Below the pieces are notes generated by a model, which was not told the DNA's origin, did no database searches, and worked only from the letters and a program-made list of their open reading frames with translations. From Sphaerodactylus townsendi (taxonomy: Eukaryota): DNA of 64,000 nucleotides. The DNA is taken from contig NC_059432.1 in NCBI RefSeq assembly GCF_021028975.2, positions 62,558,001-62,622,000 of the forward strand, written 5' to 3'. The first letter of the stretch is position 1. The number at the start of each line of letters is the position of its first letter. Of this stretch, positions 50,014 through 62,349 are shown one piece after another. The translations under genes and the position numbers were made by a program.

Positions 50014-51790
50014 CTCCAGATGTTGCCCTACTCAAAGGCAACATGTGGGAGTCTCACCTTTGTTCTCTCCCACCTTCAAATAGCAGGCAGCCTTGCAAGA
50101 CTTCTTTGTTTTGAAGATAGAACATGCGGATGTTTATTCCTTTCTAGAAACTGATGGAAAAATCAACAGCACCCTATAGGACTACCAGAATTCTAAAACA
50201 ACTGAACCCATACCTGATCACTTGGAGGCAATTTCTGCTTGTTCCGGACAACCCAGACAACAGTGGCCTCTTTTCACAACAGCATACTCATGTCTAAAGA
50301 AATCAGTGACATGTAATGATTGACCTACGATACCTCGTAGAGAAGACACACTGAGAGGAAAATGCTTGAAGCAGTTCCACTGGAACATCTGTAAGGTCAC
50401 TGTTTTAAGCTGAAGGCATTAGCGCGTACCATCACTAAAACCAAAAAATGAAAACAAAATGCCTTGAAAAACTTACATATATTTAATTGCATCATCATGG
50501 CTTGAATGGGGTTACTAAAATTAGTTAAAAATAAGAATTCAAGTGCAGGGTTCAAGACTGAATTATTTATTAGTTAAGAATGGGAGGCAAAGATCTTTCC
50601 AAATGTATTTAGAGAACTATGAGCAACTAGATTTTTCATACATTCACAGGCTTTTGACTACAATTTAAAAATACTACCATTGAAAACTGCTCTATGAAGG
50701 ATTTGCTGAGAGATGCCACACACTGAAACAAACAGAAAGATGTCCTCACATTTCAGCAGTATCACCTGGTGTACTTAACAGATTTGCAATCATTTCCTCA
50801 TGTAAAGAAGTACAGTCATAGCCATGACCAATACCATGGACAGACAGATTTTTAAATCTTTGGACCTACTCAAAAGCCTGCTCAGAATCCTGTTCTGGGT
50901 TTCCTCCCTGCAAAGTGTTTTTGGGTTTACTCTGTGTCACTGCTGAGAAATTATGTTTCCACATAATTGGAAAAGGCAGCCCAATATGAACTAGCAAGCT
51001 AGACCCCAAAACCTGCTGTATTTAATGAATATAGAAGAATGTGGTGACATTAGTGTGAATGCTGGAGATAATTAAAAATCTGACTTAGTTGGCCACCTTA
51101 AAAAAAAGCACTTAAATGAAAAAACAAAACCTTTAATGCAAAAAACTAGTTCTACTGCTAGTCAATCAACACAGAGAAGACTCATAGGAACACTATCCAA
51201 AAAACTTTACGTATGTTTTTAGAGTACCTGAAATGTTAAAGAGAAAAAGCAAGTTCATCGTACTTTAGAGTTTCTAGTCAGTTTCCAAGGATACACGGAA
51301 TGATACCAGAATAGCTAGGTGGCAGGGTGTTCCCTGCAATGGCTCTTTATACAAAAACTGGTTACACAACGATCAGGAAAAAAAATCTATCCATTAACCT
51401 ATCTATATATGAGAGATGGTATGTACAGACACTGGCTCCCCGCACCTAAAAGGAGGACAGAGACACCGCATATTAATAGCGGGAGTGGTCTCAAGGGACA
51501 AGGAAGCCAGCCTCCGCTCCTGCTGCGCGTAAAATTGAAAACTAGACAAGCGGAAGTTGAGACGGCGTCCATTATCTTGAAGGCATTGACTGTAGAGAGG
51601 AGGATAAACCCTTCCTTGAGGAGGCAACAGGAAGACACCTTCCTCAGTGGAGGCGTCGCGCGGTGAAGCAGATGATGAGAGTAGGAAAAAGGAAGAGAAG
51701 CGATTCAAAATAAAAGCACATAATAGGCAGAAAGCAAGCGGGGGCTAGGTGAGAACCGTGGCTCACATTAACCTATCAGCCGCCTCTTAC

Positions 51791-51900
51791 CTGTCACCCC
51801 TGCCCGGCTTCGGCCGTTCATGGACAGACGCAGCCGTACTGAGCTCGCTACTGTCTCACCCTCCACACAGCGTCAGGTGACGCCCACGTCGGCCATTTTT
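51791..51900 (-). other. MFSD13A: Putative MFSD13A first (leader) exon in a CpG-rich promoter
   Basis: CpG-rich patch about 51460-52100; consensus donor CAG|GTAAG at 51791/51790; YY1-like AAAATGGCCG at about 51890-51899. The 5' end is approximate. Confidence 0.65.
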
Positions 51901-53527
51901 GACACTGGACGCCTGTTTCTTTTGTCGTCATCTTGGATGTGGGCACTTAAGGCCCTTACCGCAACTGGCAAATCACTGTACTGCTTTGAGTAGGGAAGGG
52001 AGGAGTAAAGAAAGCTTCCCAGTCCGGCTAAGAAAAGACTTTTTGGTTTGGTTTTCATGCTTGCGCTTTGTTGCAGTCTTTAGTGATACTTTGTATCGCC
52101 CGTTTAAAAAATATTTTAATTTGAAACGTTTCCCTCAAAGAATAGATCTTACCAACGTTTCAAAAATAAACATCACGGAGGCTGTCATGTTTATGCAGAC
52201 TACAGCGAAATTATGTGTATGCATTTAATAAAAAACAATCGTTTAGGTGCAAGAATGTATTACGTTTGTCTAGGCTCAGTTGTAGCGCTACAAAGCACTG
52301 CTGCGGTAAGTATCTTCAAACACAAATCCTTTAAAACTCCGAAACATTGAAAATTGGTAAAAGCAAATACATGCCCCAGATCCTCAGTATTTTGATCCTC
52401 TGTACATTACAGCTTCTTTATTAATTGTGCTTTTGCAGGGACTGCTGAATGTTGCCAGAGTTACTGTTCACAAATAAAAATTGCTGTGAGATCTAAGCTT
52501 CATTCCTGAATCTCAGTTCCATTCTGATGAAATCCCATTTTTAAGGCAACAAGGCTATGTCTCAGAAACAGAATAATCTGAAAAGAATGTGAGACATAAA
52601 GGAAATGACAGTGGTCAGACAATTCTTTAGAATGCTTGTTAGTATTTTCTGAGAATTCAGCACCACAGGTGAGTCATAGAAAGACATTTATTCTGCTCTC
52701 CTCCATACACTCTTCCCACATTCCTGCAAACATGCTGTGGCCTCAGTGTGAGTTTCCTTTACAAAAAGGAGCTTTGTTAACTGTCATCTATGCTAATATT
52801 CCAAATGTGTTCACATTACATTAAAAGACTAAAAAAGGGATTCAAATAAATTAAAGAAACAGTCTCAGCCTAGTGAGCCCTCAGAGTTCTTTCTCTGCTT
52901 TTCTATTTTACTTACATATTCATCAATGCTTTCTTTTTGTAATTAGGGCTGGCTAAATTATCTCAGGTGTTTAATATAGTGATTGACACAATTAGTTAAT
53001 AGAAGCCACTTAGCTGCCAAATGTATAAATTTGCAGTCAGCCAGAGAAAGGGGTGGATGTAAGTTATCCCAGTGAGGAGCTGGTGTGGAATGTGGTGGGT
53101 TTTTTTGTTTGTGGATGAAAAATTGGGTTAGAAACAATTACCATGGGTTTTTTTTAAGTAGTAGTGGGTTTGGTTAAGTTGTAGTACAGTTCTGTTTGTC
53201 AAAGCTTATATATTTGTATAATTATATAATTAGTAACTTTAGGGATTAGTAAATGAATACTGTACTATATCTCTGACTTCCTGTGGTGCTCTTTGTAGAA
53301 ATATTTGATAAGCTCCTTATAAACATAAAGATGTTGCCAAAAAGTTTGCTTACTCTTGTCTAGCAAGAATGATGCTCAGTTTAATTTTATAATGTAGCTG
53401 GTAAGTTGTAACCAACTAATAGTAGTAGCTCTAAAGATATTTGTTTTGTTTGACTGTTGCAGTTTTAACAGCACTAACAAAACAAAAATATTCCTATATG
53501 GCTTTTTCTGTTATGCAGCTAATAGTA

Positions 53528-53789
53528 ATGCAAGTACTGGACCATAAAGGGCTTTGTAACTAAAGGATAGAGTTGATCTGTAAATCATGGAACTGTTAAA
53601 GGTATAAAACTTTAACCAAGGGGTAAAATTGGTACCTATTAACATAGTAATTTGTAACTAATTCCCTTAATATGTTAATAGGTACCAATTTTACCCCCTG
53701 GTTAAAGTTTTGTACCTTTAACAGTTCCATGATTTACAGATCAACTCTATCCTTTAGTTACAAAGTCCTTTATGGTCCAGTACTTGCAT
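53528..53789. repeat. Near-perfect inverted repeat: 119-bp arms, 24-bp spacer
   Basis: 53528-53646 versus the reverse complement of 53671-53789: 116/119 identical. Confidence 0.95.
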
Positions 53790-54984
53790 ATATGAAACTG
53801 GCTGTTATTTTTGCCAAATTTTGGCTCCTTCAGGATCTATGACATAACCAGTCTTTTCCATATTACTACACTGTTCATGGAAACTTTCAGGAGGTACTGT
53901 AGGCTTTCTTTACTTTTTCTGCTACAATTTTTAATGGGATTTGATTTGTAGGCTTGTTATTTAGAGGGGTGAGCTATGCCATTCTATTGCAGTTATAATT
54001 TTGGAATGGTAGGCTACCTTGAGTTATAAGGGAAAGACAGAGATAGCTGCTGTAATAAATAGCTAGCATTGATTCGTGTTAGCTAAATGTTTTATGTGCA
54101 CTGTTTCTTTTGGTTAATGATGATTCTGAAAGGCATGGGATTTCTTCTTTTAAGTTGCATGTAGAGAACAGTAAAAGTAATATGGTCAGTAGCCAAGGGA
54201 ACCTAATTCAAAACATACAGCAAAAATTTGGCTACGATTTCCATTATTTCAGCCTCGGGTTTGTTAAGCAGGAAAATAATCTTTGCATTGATAGGAAGAT
54301 CTGAGAATCCAATTGAGAATCCAACAGAGGTTAAGGCAGAGAAGTCCGGCCTAAAGCTGTTAGGGCAGGAGAGCAAGATGTGTTCAAGGGAGTCAGTATA
54401 AGTAGGTCAGAAAGAACAGTGTCGATCATGCCGAGGGATGTTTAAGAACTGGCCTTGAAGTAAAGACAATGGAAAGTCTTGTTCTTGAGAATGCCCATCT
54501 GAGCTTATGGTTAGGAAGTTGGTTCAGATAATGGGCAACACAGAGCTTTCGGGGAATAATCCCAAAGTACAAGGGTGAACAGGAACTCTGTGCTTTGTTC
54601 AAAAAGTATTGATATTCCTGCTCAAAACTGTTGCTTATTACAGTCTAAAGAGTTCTGGGTAAAAGAGAATTTACACAGTTGTAGTTTTATGTAAGGGTAA
54701 GAAAAGCTGAATCAGTTGAAATTATACACACAAAAGTAACACAATGTTCTCAGTTAATATTGTGTACTATACACCATTTGTAACTGTAAAGTCTTGCCAG
54801 CATTTGAAGGTGAAGAAAGATAAAGAGGGGTGGCCATACAGGAGTCAGTAAGAGGGAAGAGGAGAATATTTTTAGACAGTTACTGTGGATCATTCCATGT
54901 ATATGACAAAAGGAACGGTGATGCATCTCTGTGATCATAGATATCTCGTTAATGAGCCTTAAGTGTTATAAATGATACTGGTCA

Positions 54985-55261
54985 GCTGGTTGTGGTGGGC
55001 TGTGTGGCTGTGGTCTGGTAGATCTTGTTCCTAACGTTTTACCTGCATCTGTGGCTGGGATCTTCAGAGGTGTATCACAGAGAAAAGTGTTTCACACTGA
55101 GTCAGTGTGAAACAGACTTTTCTCTGTGATCTACCTCTGAAGATGCCAGCCACAGATGCAGGTAAAACATTAGGAACAAGATCTACCAGACCACGGCCAC
55201 ACAGCCTGAAAAATGCACCACAACCAGTTGAATCCGGCTGTGAAAGCCTTCAACAATACAT
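54985..55261. mobile_element. Short Penelope-like head-to-head pseudo-LTR pair (palindrome) with mutated hammerhead cores
   Basis: Arms are reverse complements centred near 55101; terminus TGAAAGCCTTCAACAATACA resembles that of the 36168 element; TSD TGATACTGGTCA/TGATTCTGGTCA. Confidence 0.8.
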
Positions 55262-56447
55262 TGATTCTGGTCAGGTCCCCTCACCCCCCATTCCATCAGC
55301 TCCAGGGCAGAGGTACGTGTGTGTCTTCATGAAAACAGAACACAGTTCAGATTGTAGGAGAGGCAGGACTGCTAGGGATTACATATGGATTAGAGAGCAT
55401 GCTGCCTAAAGGAGGGCATATTTGTTCTAATTTTATATTAATAAAGCATACCAAATACCATGTAAGCAAAAACACCATAAGTTTCCTAAGGAAATCAATT
55501 CAGATACATGCTACTGTTGGAATTTCTCAATGGTCAGGGAAGTGGGATGTGTATAGTTTAGGACTATAATGGAGGGGGATGAGTGTAATGAAGTTAGATT
55601 GTCATGAAAAAAGACATGGTCTGTTTAGGGAGATGAAGATGTTGCTGTGTACATAGGTATCTTTGCCCACAAGTCTCTAGTTATGGTTAAGTTTGGATTT
55701 CATCTTTTGTTTTTGTTGGCTTTGATTAAGGCTTCTTGCACGCTACTCATGCTGTGACTTGTTTGGTCATTCATTTCTCTGACAAGCCATGATTTGAACA
55801 TTGTTTCTGGAAACCATTCAACTCTGTAATCCAGCCAATTAGCTCATTTGGAGGTCATATAATGCTTGTGTCTGTGTGTTGTTGATCTTGGGGTTATCAT
55901 TTAACCCTTTCTCTGCCCCTCCCAACTTAGTTTGCCTTTATACTCCTGTGTAACTCCATTTTCAAAGCAAGTGAATGCTGCAGCTCAGCTTGTAAATTAG
56001 TGTTTTCTCAACTTTTGGGGATAACTACAGAGCCGTTGCATTTGTTTGCCATGCATGACAATATCAAACAACTGAAAAATATTTTGTGAGAACTCTGTGG
56101 TGATAATGTCCTTATACAGATGCTTTTTAGATGCTTGTATAGTATATGAATCTGATGAAGAAGGGCATGAAGGTTATGTGGCTAAAGGAATTACTAGATG
56201 GGAGGGCAGGAATATAGACATACAAAATGGGAAGAAGCTTGTGCCTCCCACTTTAACAGCCAACTTATCTCTAGGGAGGTTTGCATCACATACAGACTGT
56301 GTGTCTATACAGCAGTGTTAACGGTAGGATTGAATAGATTATCTGATTTCTTTTGCTGCTTCAGCATCTGTCTTTTCCATGGATGCTTCACAGGTCTTCA
56401 CATATAGGAGAGCGGACTGTTTTCCTTCATACTGCAGGTGTGAAAAT

Positions 56448-56603
56448 AACTGCTGGGTTACTTTTCTTCTACAGATGTTTGTGAATACTTTCAAGTATTA
56501 CACATGTGAACATGCTGGGCTAGAACTGCTGGGTTACTTTTCTTCTACAGATGTTTGTGAATACTTTCAAGTATTACACATGTGAACATGCTGGGCTAGA
56601 ACT
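56448..56603. repeat. Perfect tandem duplication of a 76-bp unit
   Basis: 56448-56523 equals 56524-56599, followed by AACT microhomology. Confidence 0.95.
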
Positions 56604-57266
56604 TTGTATAAATAATTTAACAAAGGGGAAATAATTTCTATTCCTACCTCCTGTAGGCTGAAATAGTACTGTCCATCTTTCCACCTCAGTTTTCTGCATG
56701 TGCTCAGTGTCTGCTAGTGTAGTCCCTTGGTTGTGTCTAGCATGCTAGGGAAAAAAATTATTCTGTTGCCTTCTGCTGCCAACCCTTCACCCTTCTAACT
56801 ATTTATGGCAGGCTCCTAATTATGCTGGGCAGGTTTTCCCGCCTTTTCTATGACTGAGTTGTTTTGATGATAGCTTATGAGGTTTTTTATGCTTGTCTGC
56901 TCAGAATCTCCAGAAAAGTAAAGGGAGACTTTTTTCACTATGGCACCCCCCCTCCCCCCCGCTTTCAAGGAATCAATGAGAACTGAGGCAGGTTCAACAA
57001 ATAAACATAAAATTTATTAAACAAACTAGATGGGATCAGGAATTATTTCACTGGATGGAAATTCGGTAGGAATTAACAACAGAAAAGCATCAGTTTTGGT
57101 ACAGGCACAGTTCTTAAGCAAGCTTTTTAAGTTTCTTCAGTTACTTAGATGTCATGACAGGTTCTTTACTTTAAGATGGTACAGTTAGATGTTACTGGCT
57201 AATGGATTCACAATGACTTTGGGTTCTAACGGAATGGTATCCTTTCACACAGTACACATACAGTCT

Positions 57267-57559
57267 TGAAGAAGAAGAGTTTGGATTTATATCCCCCCTT
57301 TCTCTCCTGCAGGAGACTCAAAGGGGCTTACAATCTCCTTGCCCTTCCCCCCTCACAACAAACACCCTGTGAGGTAGGTGGGGTTGAGAGAGCTCCGAGA
57401 AGCTGTGACTAGCCCAAGGTCACCCAGCTGGCATGTGTGGGAGTGTACAGGCTAATCTGAATTCCCCAGATAAGCCTCCACAGCTCAGGCGGCAGAGTGG
57501 AGAATCAAACCCGGTTCCTCCAGATTAGATACACAAGCTCTTAACCTCCTATGCCACTG
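57267..57559 (-). mobile_element. tRNA-derived squamate SINE (Squam3-like), young copy
   Basis: Minus strand has A-box TGGCATAGGAGG, B-box GGTTTGATTCT and a (TCT)n tail. Confidence 0.8.
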
Positions 57560-59220
57560 ACACTGTTAGCTGCCCACTTCACATAAGTCGTGAGGTAACT
57601 ATAATAGAATACTAATATGCCAGATCGGGAATCCATCTCTATGTATAATTCCCATTCTAACTGGCTTAGGAATTCTTCTATACCCAGAAGGTATATTCCC
57701 TTCCCTTTTTAATTTATGGTTACCTGTGGAAAGTCTCACTACTATTCCACCTTCAGCCTTGCCCATTAAATCAAATTTCCATTTTTCTTAGAGTATTTTC
57801 TGCTGTCAGCACACTCTGACACACAGTATATTTCAAGTCAGTTCTACTCCCTGACTGACATTCCCTCAAAGCAGATGTTTAACACATGCAATTAAGGGGC
57901 TTGATGTTCTCTCTCAGGCATCTAAATCTAAATCCAAAAGCTCCCCAAATCCTTCCTCTGTGAGAGATACCTCATCCCTCTCTGAGTCAGCTGGTTGCTC
58001 CACTCATCCAAGTGCAAGTCATCTTACCCAGTCTGGGTGCTTTTCCATTCCTAGACAGTTTTTCCCCACTGTTGTGATAGCACCCTGTTCCACTGATTGA
58101 CCTGCACTTTAAATCCTCTGCTTTACTGTGCAGTCACATCTTCCTTCAGTCAGTGCCATTCAACTCCCAACTGTATTTTTTATTCGTGTAGGTGGAAGCT
58201 GGGAAACTGGTGCCATCAGCTATGACCAGGAAGTGACAGCACGATCCTTTGTAGCATAAAGAATATTGTGATACAACTGTGGCTTTCCCAAATATTTCTT
58301 CTTGGTGGAATCACTTTAGGGATGAAAGGGCTTTTCAGAGGTGAAGCTATAGACTTTTGGAATTGTGGTAATTAATGTTTCCTTTCTGAGTTGTTCTCCT
58401 GGGAAAATGACAGAATAAGAAATGGAGCAAGTGGCATGCCTCTTGTTTACTTTATTAGACTTTTGAACATGTATGTTTGGAGCAAGAATTAAACAATTAA
58501 TAGTGTTTCTCATAGGAAATGTGTGTGTCATAGGGTGTTTGAAAGAGAACATTAGAGGAGCTACTACACTGGAGCAACCCTCTTCTTTGGGAAATCTTGC
58601 CTATATTTCTGTATCAAGGATGCAAGTTTATGTTTTGAGAAGCGAAGCAGCCAAAGTTCTTGAGTCTGCTTCAGCTGGATTTTCACACACCCCAGCCCTT
58701 TAAGAGGCTATACCTGGTTACTAGTCATTTCCTTGTCCTTTGCTTGTGTCAACAATGCTTGAAATCTGAGCTCAGGAAGAGAACTGTTTGAACAGGTATT
58801 TGGTTTCCTTGACTTTTTGTGTTGTGTTGGTGACTTTTTTTTTTCAGTGGTTGCTGGTCTACCATCCCTCCAAGGGAAAGCATGAGTAACTGGAAAGGGA
58901 GAAGATGGGTGCCAAATACTTGGAGGGTGAGGGCATGATCTGTTTGTGGAGATGTGTGCTCAGATATTAACCCTCCTGACCCCAGTGGTGGCCAGGGAGG
59001 TTCCGGCAAAGCTACTGGGATTTTGATTGTAGGTCTCAGTGTTGACTTTATCAGCTTTTCATTAAACTGGATTTTGTAATCTAAGTAACTATAGAGTTAC
59101 TAGGTCTCTTGCTTTGACTTTACTCAGAAATAAGGTGGGAGATCAACATGGGAAGTGTACAACTTTATTAAGCTGTGCTATTCCCCCCCCCCCCCAAACT
59201 CATGGGAAAGCTGCATTCTC

Positions 59221-59505
59221 CAGCATGATATGGTGGTTAAGAGCAGTAGGCTGGGTTTAATTTCCAACTCCTTCCCATGAGCAACAGACTCTTATTTGGT
59301 GAACTGGATTTGCTTCCCTACTCCTTCACATGAAACCTGCTGGATGATCTTGGACTAGACAAAGTTCTTTGGAACTCTCTCAGCCCCACCTAACTTCACA
59401 AGGTGAATGTTGTGGAGAGAGGAAGAGAAAGGAGCTCGTAAGACGTCTTGAGTCTCCTTACAGAAGAGAAAGTTGGAGTATATAAATCCAAACTCCTCTT
59501 CTCTA
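59221..59505 (+). mobile_element. Older copy of the same tRNA-derived SINE
   Basis: GGTGGTTAAGAGC head, CTCTCTCAGCCCCACC..CACAAGGTG body, ATAAATCCAAACTCCTCTTC tail. Confidence 0.72.
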
Positions 59506-60799
59506 CTTGAAGTATGTTAGCTACTCCCTTGTTTCTGTGGCCACCCTCATTTCCACTTGGAGATGGGGTTGGCATTCAGTTTCATACAATCAAGAACTGA
59601 CTTACTACATTAAGATAGGATTGTATAAAGTCAATGTGAGCTTTCAGAGATATCCTGCAAATGCTTCAACATGTGACTGGGTGATTTGCTGCACTGTAGC
59701 CTCTCTATTCTAGTGTATAAAAATGTAGGTATCTATTTGCCTTGGCTTAGAGCAGTCCTTGTGTACTAGCAAAGCAGTTGAATGTAAATAGATTGCTTTG
59801 TAGTAAATGTTCTTATGAAAGTGGACTTATCAGCAGTTGGGGAGGGCCAGGCCTGTCCCAACAAGTTCCAGTGCCATTTGATTATGGTCTGTACTAGTGC
59901 ATCTGAAGCACATATGGTTTCTTTGTGAGAGGACTCTTGGCCATTTGTGGTTGGGCATGTGATAAGCTCCTGATATGCATTTTAGCAGAACACTAAGTTT
60001 GGGCCGTTCAAAGTGTCTGAGTGTAGCATAAGTGCTGGCTTGATATGGAACTCCAGGTTTGCCTTTGTAAGTATGTTTTAACTCCGTAAAACTTGCTGAG
60101 GAATATAAAAATGATAATGGGACTTCTTGACTAGGGTGTGGTTCATATAATCAGACAATGGTTTGGCATTGCATGACTGACTCTTGGTTTGTTGTTGCTT
60201 CCCCTCTTCCCTAACTCATCTTAGTTCCAATTTAGAACATACTATAGATTACTAGTTCAGAAGTAAAATGAAAACAAGTAGTTAAAACATGTAAGCTTTA
60301 ATTATGCAGCATATGAGGTTCAGTCAGACATGTGATATTGCACTATGGTGTAGTGTTATCTGTGAACAGATGCTAGCAAATGCATGTGGGAACCTTGTCA
60401 GGCTTTCTTGCACATTTTGAATTTTCTTGACTTTATGCACCAACATCTGTGACTACAAATACATGAAGTATATGCTGCTACTTATTTCTGAAGCCGAATG
60501 TGCATATGCTTTTTGGTGTAGAATTTTCATGTTAGCACCCATACTACAATAACAAAAGTGGGATTGTTCTAATTAAGTTAATACACATATTTACTTTTGG
60601 CATAATTCTATATATGCCATGCTTTAATTGACAAGGATACATGCAGTGCTCTGAAGCCCCACTCTTTGACCTCAGGAAGACTTTTTCAGGTCACATTCCT
60701 CATAAATATATGGGAACTTCCAAAACTGAAAGCTGAGGCCCCTGTTCTTAGCCCAGCATCTTTCTGTGATCATGCAAAATCATGGACTGCACACAACCA

Positions 60800-61007
60800 C
60801 TGTGGTTTGATCATTAGAGTATCAGACTAGGATCTGAGAGACCCAGGTTCAAACCCCACTGTGCCATAGATGTGAGCTTGGGCCAGTCACATACTCTCAA
60901 TCCACCCCAATGGGTTATTGTATAAAATGGAAGAGAAAATAATAATGTAAGCTGCTTTGGGTCCCCATGAGGGAGAAAAGTCAATGTATAATGAAGCAAA
61001 TAAATCA
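60800..61007 (+). mobile_element. Degenerate tRNA-derived SINE (similar copies at about 4000-4190, 5212-5410, 9400-9590, 45050-45270 and 48650-48815)
   Basis: GACTAGGATCTGAGAGACCCAGGTTCAAACCCC B-box head; TAAGCTGCTTTGGGTCCCC..AATAAAT tail. Confidence 0.65.
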
Positions 61008-62060
61008 ACTTTAGTTACAAAGCAATCAGTTTTCTGAGAACCAAAATCATGAGCTAGTCCGGGCTTGAAAGCAATATTTTATGCCGTAGTACTCCAGTTT
61101 TGTTGTAGGGCTGGTCTTTTGCTGTGGTGAAGTTTGCACTAAACTTGGAAATGAAAGTTGCTGTACACCTAAGAAATCATATGTTCCTTATAGAAGACTT
61201 TCAGGCACTTTAGAAATCTGCATACTCATGGTTCAGTAGCTGCTGGTATTGATAAGACATTTAGTATCTGCAATCTCCCTAGATAGAAACAGCTTTCATA
61301 CTACAAAAACCGAAGTATTCCTTTTCTTTCTTATTACCCAATATTTTATCTTCTTGTCATGAGTTGTCTATATATATAATTTTATTGCAAACTTTTGGGA
61401 AAAGCTAGAAATTGTCTCAGTTGAACTTTGGAAAATGCTGCTCCTAACTGCGTTTAATTTATGTTGTATCAAATGTACATTTAGAGTCCTGTGTCTCCCA
61501 GAAATTCTGACCCATTCAGTTATGATCATATCTGTGGTATGAATGAAGAAGGAAATTCTGCTGTCTTCTTGTGATGTTTGTGTCTTCTGAAATTGACTCG
61601 AGGAGTAAATGTGTGTGCTCCATTGGTGGCCTCCAGGCTCTGGGGCAGTTAACCCCAAAACAACATGGGGAGAGACAGGCTCTATCTACATTATGGTCAC
61701 AATTAAAATTGGCCCAGACATGTCTGGGAGGCATGGAGCTCCCATTAGAGCTTGCCAATGCCCAGGTGGTGCTTGGAGATTTTCCGGAATTATGACTGGC
61801 CTCTAGACTACAGAGATAAGTTCCCCAGAGAAAATGACTGCTTTGGAAGAATGGACTATGCCCATGGCATTGCATCCTGTTAAGTTTCCTCCCCAGACTC
61901 CACTCCCCACCTCTGGTCATTTCCTAGAGCTGACAACCCACTACTAATGTGTACTTAACTCCTAGATGAAAAACTAGTCATTTTCTATGAACAAATTCTA
62001 GAGCAATTAACTTTTTTACGATACACAAAGGAGTTACTTATTCCTTGGTTTTAAGATTCA

Positions 62061-62211
62061 GGGCACCTCCGCACATGCAGAATAGTACACTTTCACTCCA
62101 CTTTCACAATTGTTTGCAAGTGGATTTTGCTATTTCACATAGTAAAATCCAGCTGCAAAGTGGATTGAAAGTGAATTGAAAGTGAATTGTTCTGCATGTG
62201 TGGAAGTGCCC
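62061..62211. mobile_element. PIF/Harbinger-like palindromic MITE
   Basis: TIR GGGCAC(C/T)TCC(G/A)CACATGCAGAA; 3-bp TSD TCA on both sides. Confidence 0.8.
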
Positions 62212-62349
62212 TCAGTATGTTCATTTACATATGTACCTTTAAGTCTAGAATTTCACTGTCTCCACAGCTTTGGAAAGCAACAGATGAGATACTACGTGGG
62301 ACACTGATATTTGCCTGAGGAGAAGCTTTCTTATGTACCATATACCACT

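Noticed and set aside
56830-59150. Possible solo LTRs (poly(A)-signal-like TTTATT and TG..CA ends)
   Set aside because: I could not define boundaries or TSDs by eye.
62284-62304. MRYYVGH matches the Mago nashi (MAGOH) N-terminal LRYYVGH
   Set aside because: Only 6 residues match; nothing like KGKFGHEFLEF follows in this frame. Treated as coincidence.
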